Source: Lepidodermella squamata (Eukaryota > Animalia > Gastrotricha). Taken from it: a DNA stretch of 64,000 nucleotides. The position numbers and the translations under genes were made by a program. Below, one piece after another: positions 36,553 through 48,972 of this stretch (its first letter is position 1; each line of letters begins with the position of its first letter). The stretch spans positions 1,860,001-1,924,000 of the forward strand of contig JBLDXI010000015.1 in the NCBI GenBank assembly GCA_047495785.1, given 5' to 3'. Under the pieces are notes generated by a model. It searched no databases, was not told the DNA's origin, and saw only the letters and a program-made list of their open reading frames with translations.

Positions 36553-37981
36553 CTATATGAAGGGTTCTGGCGTAGTCGAGATACCAGGTGGACGAAAGCC
36601 CTCCGCGTAACCGTGCACCGTCACAAAATCGCTCTCGAACGCACATGCGCCGCTGTAATTCAGCGGCAATCGAAAGGTTGGCCGCCTGTGACGAGAAAAC
36701 GATCCGAAAGTCGATGCCATTTCACCGAAGCCACTCCTTGAAATAATCAATTGGTTCATTTTGGAAAGGAGCAGCCATTCTGATAGTGTTTCGGCCAAGA
36801 CATGACGCCTATTTGTCTCGCTATATTTGCTCCAGTTCCGATCGATGTGATACGCCTTATTATAGGGGAAAAATAAAGAAAATCAAAGTTTTCCGTAATC
36901 TTGAGCCTTACAAATTCATTAACGTAGAATGCATTGATATGAAATGCTTTAAGCCTATCCCATATCCTTCGCTTTACCGCGAAAGAATCGGACGATATAA
37001 AGACCAATGGATCATCGCAATTTTTCGCCAGAGAGAAAGCCTTTCCAATGAAACATTCGGTTATTTGATGGTTCGTTGCCCTCGGCCATTCGTAATACCT
37101 GTCATAAAAACCAACGGGAGAAGCTCTGATATGGATGCCGATCATGCAGCCAAGTTTTCTACCCAGCTGACTCTCAAGCTTATATAGATATTCCTAGAAG
37201 AGAATGTGAACTCCTGCCTCGAATTCTTTCTGCAATTTACCTTGATGTCATGTTTAGGCTGAAGGAGTATCTGGAGCGCCATATGAATAAGAAGCTCATA
37301 ATTCAGGTGAAGATCGTAATCCTCGACCAATGATACCAATTCCTGATACCTAGGCCTAAAGCTCATTCGATAGTGGAATGCCTCATGAAATGCTGCCATA
37401 TTGTTCGATGAAACCGCGACAACTGGTGTTCGACCGATGAGGAGCTCCAAATCATTAAAATCGAAGTAATACCGATCGATTTCAAAATCCTTCAGTTTTC
37501 CAACGTAATTCGAATAATCATCGGACTTGACGCCGTAAAGATCTCCATTTAGAAAAACCAAATTACCAAGATCGTATGGAACTGTCCAGTTAACAATGAA
37601 TACTCGGTTAGATGCATAAGCCAGGTAGAACAATTCAGTCATTCCTCGAAGTCGATCTGCGAGACCACCGAAGCTGAGTGAGTCATTATTTGCCTCGAAA
37701 ATTATAGCTCGAATAGCGCAAGTTCCATTACTTTGACATTGAATTCGCTGTCTCATTTCATCTCTGTACTTGTTTCCGAAGGCTTGTATTAGCTGCTTAA
37801 CCTTCGTTTCCATCTCAATAGAAAATCGAACCTGTGGCTGCGGAACACGATAGTGGTAAAGTGACAACCATTCATCTTCTCTGCTGGGAGTAGTGTTTTT
37901 GCGGGAAATTATGATTATGAAAAGAAAAGCTACTAACAAAGTTGATGGAAGGAAAACTAATCTTATATAGCGCCTTGGCAT
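36553..37981 (-). CDS. Fucosyltransferase-like type II protein, 3 exons, copy 2
   Basis: GGLADRLRG, IGIHIR, VFISSDS, YHID, SEWLLLSKMNQLIISRSGFG; paralog of 34685-36100; start could be 38029. Confidence 0.72.
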
Positions 37982-38128
37982 TGAAACCTCGTCCGAGTAA
38001 ATTATGCATGCTGCTTGTATCATATACATGCAACATGCAACGGACCAACAAACAAAGTTTTGAAAGCCGGTACATTGAGTAAAGTTGTAACAAAAGTAGC
38101 ATCAAGGGACGGCTCAATTTTATTCAAA

Positions 38129-39472
38129 CTAGGCCGTTATATCTCGATACCTGTCAAACATCTGAACAAGCCAGCAGTACACGCATTGCCTATCAAACGT
38201 GTCATTGTGAACTCGACCCATTTTTAGGGGATGATAAATATTTTGTATGGCATTATAGGTTTCTGTGACTGGCAATTCTCTCGGAGGGCCCCAAACTTGA
38301 CCTGGTTTGAAATTGATAAACCGAAGCCTGTCTCGTGGCGTAATGGCGGATAGAATTGTGCCAACAGCCATCTCCATATAAACGCCATGAGCAGCAAATA
38401 TTTTGAAAAGCTCATTAGCTCTGGCTAAATCAGCTCGAGACACATAAAACATGTCCGCGTAGATGTTCCAAACTCGGAATGGCCCTGTATAAAAAACATT
38501 AGGGGACTTCAAATGTCTGAATCAAGGATCCTCACCGCCAGTTCCAACTACAAAGTCATTGAAGGTGGATTCGTTAAACAGGGATATTTGAACATAGGTG
38601 CTTAAAATCGAATGACGATAGGCAAGAAAAACATCCCAATTGGCGTCATCTTGACAATCCACGGTATTATCTCCACTCATGCCATTGCATTCTTTCGTTC
38701 TCAAGGCATCATAGAGATATACAGGAGGCCCTAACAACCAATTATCGGTAGTACTGAGATTTGCTGCTTTGTAATTCCACAGATTAGGGATCAAGTCATC
38801 GGAAATATGAAGTATGCCGTCAGTTTCTTCGTCAGCAATTAGCTGTTGAACGTCTTTGAGAGATTCGCAGACTCTTGGCAAGCAATTGTAAAAAATGCCA
38901 CCGGTCGGATCAGTGGGTTCTTCTGAGACTTCTACAATCGAAACATTGACTAGGGGCAGTAGTTTTCCATCTTTAAATTCACGAAGGTGTCGGATTCCAG
39001 TGACGCAGTAGACGATTTTTTGAAAAATCCCACTGTAAAGCCTGTGAGTTTTCGATATCGAGCCGAACAGCGGGTTATTGTAAGATATCACCAAGATTAC
39101 TCGGCTGAAATTCACCAGGTTGCTGAAATTATCGTCCGCCATCTGATCGGACCCTGGAATCACTGGGCAACTTCCGTTTCTGACGAAGTGGAAGTAATCA
39201 TGATTCGAGCAATTAGCCTCTGGGTCGGAAAGTATAGCACTGTCATCTAATGCCTGTTTCCCGGTAAAGCTTTGAACATTGGGGAAATCTATCTTCCAGT
39301 CAATATAGAATTCAGAACATATAAGTACGGCGAGAGATACGAAGACAGCGCTATAGACGATAATATTCATTAATCCGACACTACGGGACATTAAATACAT
39401 TTCGGAAGGCGACAAAAGTCCGGAGTCACAAAATGTCTTTCTGTCATATTCTGACTTTCTGTACTTCAACAT
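38129..39472 (-). CDS. STELLO/DUF288-like putative glycosyltransferase, copy 2 (start may be about 39400)
   Basis: ILVISYN.P, DGILHISDDLIPNLW, YADMFYV, YMEMAVGT, YHPLK; same intron position as copy 1. Confidence 0.75.
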
Positions 39473-40034
39473 TCACATGATGAGATAAAAAACTCCAATT
39501 GTTTGTTTTACTTTCCCTACTTACCCCCATAGCTTACTCAGCTGATTCGCAGAGGCGTTACATGTCGCGAAGTGTAATCCTTGTGAATTGAGTTTACTCA
39601 GTGACTGGACCGGAACCAAGTACCTGAATAGTATCATAACATCAATAATATCTCATTAATAAGTCACAGGAGATAAATAATCTTATTTATACACACCCAC
39701 GATAAAAAGATTGTCTCACGAAGACCGATGAACAGCAAGGTCGCAACATCATAGTCAACCGCAAAATAAATTGAAATGATAAACTGGACAGTTTGCTCAT
39801 TCCATCAATTGTTAAACGTAGCCAGGTGAAGGGGAAAATATGATCAGTATCGGTATAATTCTCATCGGCTTTCTGGTCTGCTGTCAAAGAAACTTTCAAA
39901 TTAAGCTTTATTATGTAAGCATCGCTCAACTTATTGGGAAAGAACCTGCAAGCAAACAATTGCTCTGGAATAAAAATAGCCATGAAGAGCAGATATTAGG
40001 ATTCAATCAATTCACTGCGGCTTTAAATAAGAAG

Positions 40035-41350
40035 TTAAATTGAATAGCGCTCTCGCCATGATTTCAGCCATCCGTTTTCTGACTGGGTTTCACCTTCTTC
40101 ATCCTTTATTTCAGCCTCTTCTTCTACGGCGTCCTTATAAGTCTGAACGTCCGGGTCCTCAATATCGCCAACTTGCATTGCCTCTTCATTTGAAGGCTCG
40201 CTGGGGTTGTCACCCGTTGAGTCTTCATAGAATTGTTGATGTTGTTGCGGTTCCTCAGGTTGTCGCGGTTCGGCAGGTTGCTGGGGCTCCTCAGGTTGCT
40301 GGGGTTCCGCAATTTGTTGAGGTTCTGCCGGTTGCTGGGGTTCTGCAGGTTGCTGAGATTCTGAGATTTCTGGATTGCTGGGTGCTTCTTGCGGCTGTTG
40401 TGGTTCGGCGGGCGATTCACCAGTTGAACCGCCATCTGATCCAGCATCGCCCCCGTTATTCTGAGCAGATTTCTGCCGCTCTGCCTCCTCCTTTAATCTC
40501 CTTTCCTCTTCCTTCTTTTTCTTCTTTTGCTCCTGCTTCTTCTTCTTCTCCTCCTGCTTTTTCTTCTTTTCCTCAGTTTTCTTCTTCTTTTGCTCCTCCT
40601 TCTTCTTTTTCCTTTCTTCCGCTTTCTTCTTCCGGTCTGTGGCCTGCTTTTTCTTCGCCTGATCCTTCTTCTTTTTACCTTCCGCCTTCGTTTTCCTTCG
40701 ATCAGCATTGTTATTCTTTTTCTTATCCTTGCTCTTTGTAGGTTTCTTCCGATCTGGCTTTTTATCCTTCCTCTGCCCCTTCGGTCCTTTGCCCTTGTTC
40801 GGTCGAGCCACTTTGCCAGGTCCCTTCGGTCCTTTACCCTTGTTTGGTCTTGCCACCTTGCCAGTTCCTTTCGGTCCTTTAACTTTGTTCGGCCTTGCCA
40901 CCTTGCCAGGTCCCTTCGGTCCTTTACCCTTGTTTGGTCGAGTCACATTGCCAGGTCCTTTCGGCCTTTTACCAGTGTTCGGTCGTGTCACCTTGCCAGC
41001 TCCCTTTGATCCACCTCGGCTAACTCCGGTAGATGGCCGCTTGGTTTTAGAAGGTCCACGATTAACCGTCGGTCGTGATGCCATTGATGCAGATGGCCTT
41101 GACATTCTCGGAGCAGTAGAGCGTCCAGCCCCGGAACTTCCCCTGCCAATAGCCCTTCGTTTTTCGATCGTTAGCAATGCTGGAAGATCAGAGTTTGCGT
41201 CACTTACATCCTCACTGATTTCAGCGACCTCTGCCTGAGCCAGTGCAACACTGGCAAAGCCTGGTCACAAAAGCAAAGGAGATATAATGAGAAAAGAAAA
41301 GCAGCCTAACACTAACCTAAGAAAACTCCAATCAAAAGATAAATCCTCAT
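40035..41350 (-). CDS. Secreted prepro-protein 1 (exons 41317-41350, 40035-41260; about 419 aa): Lys/Arg/Gly/Pro repeats, Lys/Glu coil, acidic EPQQP tail
   Basis: Spliced N-terminus MRIYLLIGVFLG|FASVALAQ, acidic spacer, EKRR; 5x15-aa GKVARPNKGKGPKGP repeat. Confidence 0.8.
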
Positions 41351-41380
41351 GTTTGGGAAAATGCACTGTTTTGTAACAAG

Positions 41381-41388
41381 CTTTTATA
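41381..41388 (-). promoter_or_regulatory. Putative TATA box of secreted protein 1
   Basis: TATAAAAG about 30 nt upstream of the ATG; a similar TATATAA lies at about 43591-43598 upstream of protein 2. Confidence 0.4.
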
Positions 41389-41863
41389 AGCGCTTTTGCT
41401 GCGTGCTTTTCCTGTTAATGCAGGCCTGCTTGATCTCACGATACACATCGTGTGGCTCCTGAGAGCCTGGCATGTTTCTCATTCTCGAAACCCCCAATAC
41501 CAGCTGTTTAATTTCTCACGCAAAATGTTCAAAGATCGAATCATGGACTCGAAATTTGTCGAACTGCCGATTGTGCGAGAAAAGAGCAAGCGAAATAAGA
41601 GCAATGATATCAAAGCAATGTGATGATAAGAGCAGCGAAAAAGGGCAGAACGACATACGAACAATTTAAGAGCAATTCAAGAGTAATTGTTGTATTTCTA
41701 TGGAAATAGTATTGTCTTTATTAGTCTTCCGCATCGCAAGCTCGTGCTGCATAAAAGTAACTGATTGCATTAAAAAGACATCATCATTCATCAAAGAAGC
41801 ATATAGGTTCCAGGTTCCCACATTACATATTAATGTTCACGTCAGGATACAAAGTTCGTGGGC

Positions 41864-43528
41864 TTACTCAAGAGAGTTAGCTTCATTAGAATGGGTCACT
41901 TCAGATTTGGCTGGTCCAGATTGCGTAATAGCTTCCTGACGAGTATCAAAGAAAGTTTGGTCTTCTTCCGTCTCTTGCTCATAGTCCGAGGAGCTATAAT
42001 CGTTCGAGCCTTTTGGTTCGGCTCCGATCCGATCGAATCCTTCCATTGCATCAGTAGCTTTGTTTCCATACCTGGTCACGCTGTTCACAGCTTTGTTCGA
42101 CATCCGATCGATACCCGAACTGATAGGTCTCATTGTGCGATTAACGACTTTCGCCAATTTAGACGAGTAACGATCAATATTTCTGTTCAACCCATTCGTT
42201 ATAAGATTTGCTCCAGTTTTGGCCGCTCGATTGATGCCGTATTCGATATCATCAGCTAGCTTATTTGCATGTCGATCGACTCCGTTCGCCAAATTATCCA
42301 AGCTGGCACCAAACTTGCTACTGACTCTGTCGATCTGTCTGTCGTACTCAGATTTCATCCGACGGGCACCGCCTTTGACTTTTCCGATCTGTTGCTTAAT
42401 GGGCTTGGCAATTTCGTTGTAGCCAGTCTCTAGATGGTCAGCAACACTGCTGATTGGATCGATTACTTTTTTCGCGGCTTTTACTCCTTTGTTCACTGCT
42501 TTCAAAGGCTTTTCCACCGATTGTTTTAATCTGCCTATTGTTTTCGAGACTTTCTTTCCCGCTTTTGCAGCTTTTGCGGCAGTTTTCGAAGTTTTGCCGA
42601 TATCAGCTGCGGTTTTTGCCATCTTCGCTACCCTAGGAATAGCCGCAGCAACGCCGATAGCAGGATTAGCAAATGATGCCGCAATGGTCATCAGCGGCTC
42701 GGCATACTTGTAAACAGGTTTCAACACTTTCTCGTAGGTTGGTTTGAGCACTTTGTTATACGTTGGTTTCAGTACTTTGTCGTACGTCGGCCTGACTACT
42801 TTACGATAAACCGAATTCCCAAACTTCTTGAAGCCCTGGCCAACTTTCGACATGGCCTTCTTGAATTTGCTCGGCCCTTTTCGCTGCGGCCTTCCACCTT
42901 TCTTTGGCCTGGGTTTCGTCGCCGAGTAACGGTTTTTGTTTTTCTTAGGAACGGCCGGTGACTTTTTCCTCAACTTTTTAGGTGGTCTCTTGCTTGGAGT
43001 TTTGCGCCTAGAGGAGTTTGATTTGTTAGCATTCTTTCGAGCTGTCTTCTTCGAGAATTTTCTCGGCTTGCCTTTTGATTTTTTCGCTTTTACTTCCTTG
43101 CTTTTTCTCGATTTTCTCGATCTCGAATTGGCGGAGCGGTTGTTAGGTTTCTTGACTGATTTCTTTGGCTGTGTCCTCCGATTCGGCTGTTTGACTCGTG
43201 ATCGACGTGCACCTTTCTCTGTTTTTCTGGCTTGCTTTTTAGTGGATGGTTTAGGCTTCCTTGCTGATCGAGTTTTTGTCTTAGGCTTCTTGTACGAATT
43301 ACGAGCGACGGCTTTTGCAGGCTTTTTCTTGGCGCCCCTCTTTTCGATTTCAATCGAATCCGTGACCTCGGGCACAAACATGTTTGAGGCGCCATTGTTA
43401 TCGAGCTGCAGCTGTTCCGCTGATGCCACAAAAGCGAACCCTGGAACCAAAACAAATGAACCTCGTTATGGATGATATGAATAGGCTTTACCGATTGTCA
43501 GAATCGCAGCAATTACGAGTTTCCCCAT
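41864..43528 (-). CDS. Secreted prepro-protein 2 (exons 43492-43528, 41864-43440; about 537 aa): very basic domain, LKPTYxKV repeats, amphipathic helical region, acidic tail
   Basis: MGKLVIAAILTIG|FAFVASAE, acidic spacer, EKR; intron at the same position and phase as protein 1. Confidence 0.8.
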
Positions 43529-43791
43529 TTTCCTATGAAATTCTGCTTTTTCTAGGAAAGTCTAGGAAGATATCATCCGTGACCGGATAATTATATAAGC
43601 TGAAGCGCCAGGTTGCGTGGGTCCTCTGCATGTGGTACAACCTTCTGCCCGTGTTCACACGGATATATTTCAGCCCCTACGCAGGTGAAAACGCAGGTGG
43701 AAGAAAACTCATAGGGAAATCTACTCAAAAACATATTTACAGCCATTTCTTTATTGACGTTCTAGATTGAAAGGAAAAACTAATGGTAAAT

Positions 43792-45062
43792 TCATTTTTT
43801 ATTGCGAATTCTGTCGAAAATGTCAACCAGTTGGCAATATAGACACTGCCTATCAGCAGTGGCCACCTCAACTTTGCCAAGCTTCAACGGGTGATAAATG
43901 TAGTTGTGAGCTTTGTAAGTCTTATTTACAGGTAAATGCCGATCAAAATATACACTGCCATCTTTACTAATAAACTGCAGTCGTGTAACTGGCTTTGTTA
44001 CGCCTTTCAAAATGGTACCAACAGCTAACTCCATGTAAACTTCACGCCTGGCAAATAGCGTGAATATTTGATTTGCAGCAGTCAAATCTTCTGCGGTTAC
44101 GAAAAACAAATCAGCGTATACATTCCATATCCTCCCAAAACCTTAAGAATGGAAGTATAAGAGAAAATGGATGAGATGTGGGAGAAATAATTACGCTTAA
44201 TACCTGAGCTAGCTAACGCTAGATTTTTCGCAAAACCAGGGTACAAGGATTCCGTATCGTTTAAAGTACTAAGAATATTTTCTTGGTAAATGTCCAGCAC
44301 GTCCCACTTTTCGGTGGTTGAACAATCGGCGATGTTATCCCACCGTTTGCCGAGGCAGGTCTTTTTCCTAGCCACATCTATTATAGATTGCGGCGGACCA
44401 AGAAGCCAATTCTTTCGAACATCTAGTATCTTTGTATTGAACTTCCATAAATTTGGTATCAAATCCTCAGATATATGAAGAAAACCATCCGTATCTTTAT
44501 TCTCGACGACTTTCCGTAAATAATCGAGACGATCATAAGCTTTTGGTAAGCATTCGTAGAATACCGCTCCGGTTGGATATGTCGGCTCTTCGGTTAATTC
44601 TATGATAGAGATGTTGACCAACGGCAGCCATTTCCCGCTATTGTAATGCTCCAACTTTTGCAAACCAGTAATGCAAAGCACCACGTGAAGGAAGATACCT
44701 TGGTAAAGCCGGAAAATTTTAGGAATCGCCTCGAAATGAGGATTATTGAAAGACACAATGAGAACTATCCTCTTAAAATCTACGAGATTGTCAAGATTTG
44801 CCGAATGGAATATGCCCAAGTTTCTCCTGGTAATAAACTGGGAGCAAGCATCGCCTTTCGCTAGTTTGTAATAAGAAGCGTTGTTACAGTTTGCGATAGG
44901 ATCATTCATCAGGAAGTTCTGCTCTGAGTCGGCTTCATAAGATCCGTTTCTTCTGTAATGAAGCTTTGAGTAGACGAATAGAAGCAACCCTGACGCCAAT
45001 AACATAATTTTTAGCAATAGATAGATTAAGTAAATGACGCTTTTAAATTCTGGGCATTTCAT
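43792..45062 (-). CDS. STELLO/DUF288-like putative glycosyltransferase, copy 3
   Basis: VLIVSFNNPHFEAI, DGFLHISEDLIPNLW, YMELAVGT, YHPLK. Confidence 0.75.
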
Positions 45063-45512
45063 TTTAAAAATAGCATAGATATCTTATACGCAGCATCATA
45101 AAGCCGTCAGTAGACTTCATAGGAATGCGGCTTGAAATCAAGCTGAAAGTTAAGGAGGCCAATCCCTATGCACCGTACACTATTGAGTTGTACTCTTGCC
45201 GTGGATTGCGATACATAAGTCCATACTACTATGGACTGTATGAGAATAGGAATGTCACGAATTTCTAAGCATGAAGCATCGACATTCCTGTTACCTGGAA
45301 AAGATCACCTGATAGGCAAATAGTTATGCCGAATTCGATTCAAGTGCTGCATATTTTTTATTATTCGGACTCAATATAGATTATAGATTAAATCGCATTT
45401 TAAGGGAAATGAACAGATCCTAGATTATATAGATATAGCACATCACCTTTCACAGCGGCAAAAGTCGAAAATATGATTTAAGAGGCGGAAATGTATATTT
45501 CCTCCAAGTCTT

Positions 45513-47412
45513 TCAGTTGCAGTAGACATTCAGGAAAGTGTTGTCCTCAGCTAGGTCACACAGCTTTTCCAAGTCACCATTATTAAGGTGGATATCATTT
45601 TCGTCATGCTGAGCAGTTTTATCTTGTTGTTTGGTGTCAGACGTCGGAGCCGGACGGCTGGAGTCAGTGATAGAGATTTGGCTGCTGGTGACAAACTGGT
45701 CTTTGGTTACTGGAGCAGCTGTTGTTTCAATATTGTTTACTGACGACATGGGGATGGCTGTGGTCTCAATGCTGACACTTTCAGTGGGAACATTGACCGA
45801 GGGCGAAATAGCTTTCTCAGAATCTGAAATTCCATTGGGTGATGCACTAGCTATTTCAGGTGTGCTTTCAAGATCCTCAGCCTCTGAGCTGTTTTGGTCA
45901 TTGACGGCGCTGACTTCTTGGGGATTATCCTGTTCTGCTTCGGAACCTATGTCATCAGGGAAGCTTTCGATAGGCCTTATATCAATGGCTCCAATAGAGC
46001 CTGCGTCGCTTTGTCCCAGATCAGGTTTAGGTTGTCTCCCTGACCCCTTGACTTTGTCTCGAATTTTCTTGTCTTTCTTACCTTTCTTCCCTTCCGAAGG
46101 CCTCTTTGTCGGCTTCCCTGGCATTTTCCCGCCAGCTGGCAGCTTCTTGTGTGGTTTCTTTCCGAACTTGATATCCTTAGTGACTGGCTTAGCTTTCGGC
46201 TTCTTCCCCAATTTGATGTCCTTTGTTATCGGCTTAGTTATCGGCGTCTTTCCAAATTTGATGTCCTTTGTAATTGGCTTACTTATTGGCTTCTTCCCAA
46301 ACTTGATGTCCTTCGTGATTGGCTTAGTCATATGTTTCTTCCCAAACTTAATGTCCTTCGTGATTGGCTTAGACGAAGCCTGATTAAGCCCGTGGGACAC
46401 CTTTCTGATGCTTCTATCGATCGGTGCTGTGATTTTGGAAATTCCATGCGAAACTTGAGTAGCAGCCTTTGTTAATTGGCCATCCACATTCGCTGCAACT
46501 CGATTGATTTCATTTGAAACCTTCCCAATTTGATTGTTAACTGGCTCCAAAACTTTGCCAACGCCTTGCCGAATGTGGCCGGTCGCCTTATTGATTCCAT
46601 TCTCAACACCTGTTTTCACATGGTTGATTCCATTGTTTATTTTGTCAATTTGTCGATTCACGGGCTCGATTATCTTGTTGACTTGTTGATTGATTGGTGC
46701 AACAATCTTATTCACGCCACTATGGATTTGGTTTGTCACCTTATTGATGGGAGCCATGACTTTGTTTACCCCAGTGTTGACCATGTTGTTTATGTGATTG
46801 ATGGGTTTGCTGATGACTTGATTAACGGTGTTGAGCCCTTTGCTGACGGCGTTGATTGGCGCTGCAACGGCTTTACTGACATGGCTCACGGAATTAGCGA
46901 CTTGCCCAACACTTCCCGCGAGAGCACCAATCGATCCAGCCATCGGAATTACGGCTGAGACCAATCCGTTTCCGGTGACTTTATTCACGGTCGAGATGAC
47001 ACCTTTGACAGGTGACGGTAGTGCGTTCATAGCTTTGCCGACTACCTTGTTGATCGGATTGTTTGGAATCTTGCTCAAAGCAAAAGCGCCGAGTGAGACT
47101 GGATTTGAAACCACTGCTGCAGCCATAGCCACAGGGGCAGCAACCTTCGAAACTGCTTTCACAGCACCACCGACAGCCTTTCCAACATCTTTGACTGTTT
47201 TCTTGAACGAAAAACGACGTTTGTCGACCTGATCTTCTTGAAGCGATGATTCAGGTTGGAATCGTTCGAATTCGTACTCATTTTCGGCAAATTGCTCCTG
47301 GGCAGTGGCGACGTAGACAAGACCTTTTTGGAAAGAGATTTATAGTGACAACCTTGTCATCTATCAGTAAGACCTTACCCACAGCGACGAAAATCAAAAT
47401 ATTAGTTCTCAT
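45513..47412 (-). CDS. Secreted prepro-protein 3 (exons 47379-47412, 45513-47323; about 614 aa): amphipathic region, 5x15-aa KPITKDIKFGKK repeat, acidic Ser/Thr tail
   Basis: MRTNILIFVAVG|LVYVATAQ, acidic spacer, DKRR then FSFKKTVKDVGKAVGGAVKAVSKV; same phase-1 intron. Confidence 0.8.
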
Positions 47413-47621
47413 TATTTTCGTAATGTGAGAATGATCTGTGACTTGAGTGGAAAGGTCTACGCCTTAAAAGCCGTGACAGCGAAAGGGTCGACACATTTTT
47501 CATTTCTCACGGTGATTTCCTGCAGCCGAGAAACACGACCCAAGTTTCCCACCGAAAATCACAGCTGCTGCTTTAATTCCTAGGAATAGCGGCAAATGTA
47601 AAAGGTCTCACGGCCAAGTCT

Positions 47622-48972
47622 TTATATTTTTATTTTGGAACTACGGATTCTATCAAACACGTCTACAAGCGCACAATACAAACACTGCCTGTCGGCGGAA
47701 TCAGTTTGCACCTTGCCGAGTTTCAGAGGGTGGTAAATATAGTATTCGGCACTATAGGTTTCAGTCACTTTTTGAGACCGTGGCGATCCCCAAAGCTGCC
47801 CGGCTCGATGGATGTATTGCAGGCGGTCGCTTGGCAAAGTAACAGCCTTCATGATACTACCAACTGCCAACTCCATGTACACATTATGCTTAGCGAATAA
47901 CGTGAACATTTTGTTTGTTTCTAACAAATCCTGAACGGATACGTAGAAAAGATCAGCGTAAATGTTTGAAACCCGCCGGTAACCTGTTTTCAAAACGTTT
48001 TAAAGGTCATAGTTGACTTTATTGCAGTTCAAACATACCAGAGCTTGCTACTGCAAGGGAGCGGGTGAAATTCGGATCAAGTACTGCTGATTCATTCAAT
48101 GCTTCTTGAATTTGAGCCTGATACTGGTCCAAAACATACCAATGTTCGGGAGTAGTGCAGTCGACTTTATTGTCCCAATTTTTACCCCTACAATGCATCT
48201 TCCTATCGACATCGTATAGCGTTTGAGGTGGGCCTAGGAGCCAGTTGTTCTGAGGATTGAGTTCTTTCCTCTTAAATTTCCACAAGTTCGGAATAAGGTC
48301 GTCGGATATATGCAGAAATCCATCAGTTTGGTTGTTTGTGACGTAGTGACGGACATCTTCAAACCTATCGTAAATTTTAGGAAGGCACTCGTAGAAAATA
48401 GCTCCCGTTGGTTCGGTTGGCGTTGGCGTCAGCTCGATGAAAGACACGTTAACTAGCGACAGAAGCTGGCCGTTTTTATAACCCGAAAGGTTACGCAGTC
48501 CCGTGATACAAAATAAAATGCGCAGGAATATCCCATTGTATAACCGGTAGACTTTAGCAATAGCCTCGAAATGCGGGTTATTCAGCGAGACGATGAGCAT
48601 TATTCTGTTGAAATCTACAAGATCATCAATCCGAGTTGAGTTGAATATTTCCAAGTCTTTCTTTTTAATGACTGATGAACAAGAACCTTGCTTTGCCAAC
48701 TTGAAATACAATGCATTAGCGCAGTCCGTTGTTTCATCGCTTAAAAGCAATTGCTTTTCCAGCGTCAAGTAGTAGGCCGTTTCATTTGTAGAATCATTTC
48801 CAAAACTCCGGCCAGCGTGTTGGAAAATGCCACTCCGCAAAGAGATTATGCTGCTATTCGAATCTGCCAATAGCTGAATAGTGAAAAATACTACTCCAAT
48901 GGCAAAAATTATAGCTATTATGACTATATCTGTCGCTTTGAAAGAATTACGATCAAACCATTGATGCGTCAT
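47622..48972 (-). CDS. STELLO/DUF288-like putative glycosyltransferase, copy 4
   Basis: MLIVSLNNPHFEAI, DGFLHISDDLIPNLW, YADLFYV, YMELAVG, YHPLK. Confidence 0.75.

Noticed and set aside
39687-39983. 98-aa ORF downstream of secreted protein 1
   Set aside because: No motif, and no supported splice to the upstream gene
40040-47232. Long plus-strand Leu/Phe-rich ORFs
   Set aside because: Antisense shadows of the Lys-rich repetitive minus-strand genes
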